The translations under genes and the position numbers were made by a program. Under the pieces are notes generated by a model. That model had not been told where the DNA came from. It did no database searches and saw only the letters and a program-made list of their open reading frames with translations. Shown here piece by piece: positions 63,869-64,000 of a stretch of DNA of 64,000 bases. The stretch's first letter is position 1, and each line of letters begins with the position of its first letter. This DNA comes from a virus (lineage: Duplodnaviria; Caudoviricetes), in the IMG/VR virus record IMGVR_UViG_2502957028_000003, positions 3,810-67,809 of that record; one strand, given 5' to 3'.

Positions 63869-64000
63869 TGGTGGAGGCGGCGGGAGTCGAACCCGCGTCC
63901 GGAAATATTCCGCGGTGGCGTCTACATACTTGTCCCGAATATTGTATTTCGCCTGGCAGAGCCCATTCAGGCCGGGGCGGCTGGCAGGCTAGCCTGTTAA
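63869..64000 (-). ncRNA. ssrA: tmRNA 3' part (host gene; prophage attachment site)
   Basis: Reverse complement ends ...ATGTAGACG...CCGGACGCGGGTTCGACTCCCGCCGCCTCCACCA, a typical tmRNA 3' domain; 5' part is beyond the window. Confidence 0.88.

Larger units (their letters stand above)
1..63900. mobile_element. Temperate podovirus-like prophage integrated at the 3' end of tmRNA; left end outside the window
   Basis: Complete head, tail, lysis, replication, immunity and integrase modules, ending at a tmRNA 3' end. Confidence 0.95.

Noticed and set aside
1-64000. Diversity-generating retroelement, retron or invertible tail cassette
   Set aside because: No reverse-transcriptase motif, invertase or long template/variable repeat pair was recognised
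1-64000. CRISPR array or cas genes
   Set aside because: No regularly spaced repeat-spacer units; the 54256 nuclease is a RecE-like exonuclease in a recombination module
1-64000. Recoded stop codons
   Set aside because: Core genes are intact in the standard code; all three stops end genes; no suppressor tRNA found
63809-64000. 63-aa + strand ORF
   Set aside because: Antisense to tmRNA and spans att; spurious

Overview
The window is almost all one temperate, P22-like podovirus prophage. Its right end is the 3' end of a host tmRNA (ssrA) gene at 63869-64000 (- strand); its left end lies outside the window. Layout from left to right: (1) end of a + strand early operon of small genes (1-4218); (2) one long - strand late operon with lysis genes, fibres, a 2506-aa ejection-type polyvalent protein, tail nozzle and adaptors, capsid, scaffold, portal, GpA-like TerL, five tRNAs, a Wzy_C ligase plus TPR gene, and TerS (4524-40949); (3) a late promoter with three phased palindromes and a wHTH gene; (4) a small + strand accessory cluster (42071-44302); (5) a - strand replication block (RuvC, phosphoesterase, DnaB, initiator); (6) the immunity region; (7) the + strand early operon with a tRNA-Leu-like RNA, exonuclease, recombinase candidate, SSB, Dam, integrase and a PAPS-reductase-like gene. 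The host is plausibly Desulfobacterota (weak inference). Most notable observation: four tail or virion-module proteins carry classical Sec signal peptides, and the same late operon encodes a periplasm-facing O-antigen-ligase/oligosaccharyltransferase-family enzyme. This suggests periplasmic tail maturation and possibly virion glycosylation (hypothesis). All family assignments come from motif recognition by eye, not database searches.
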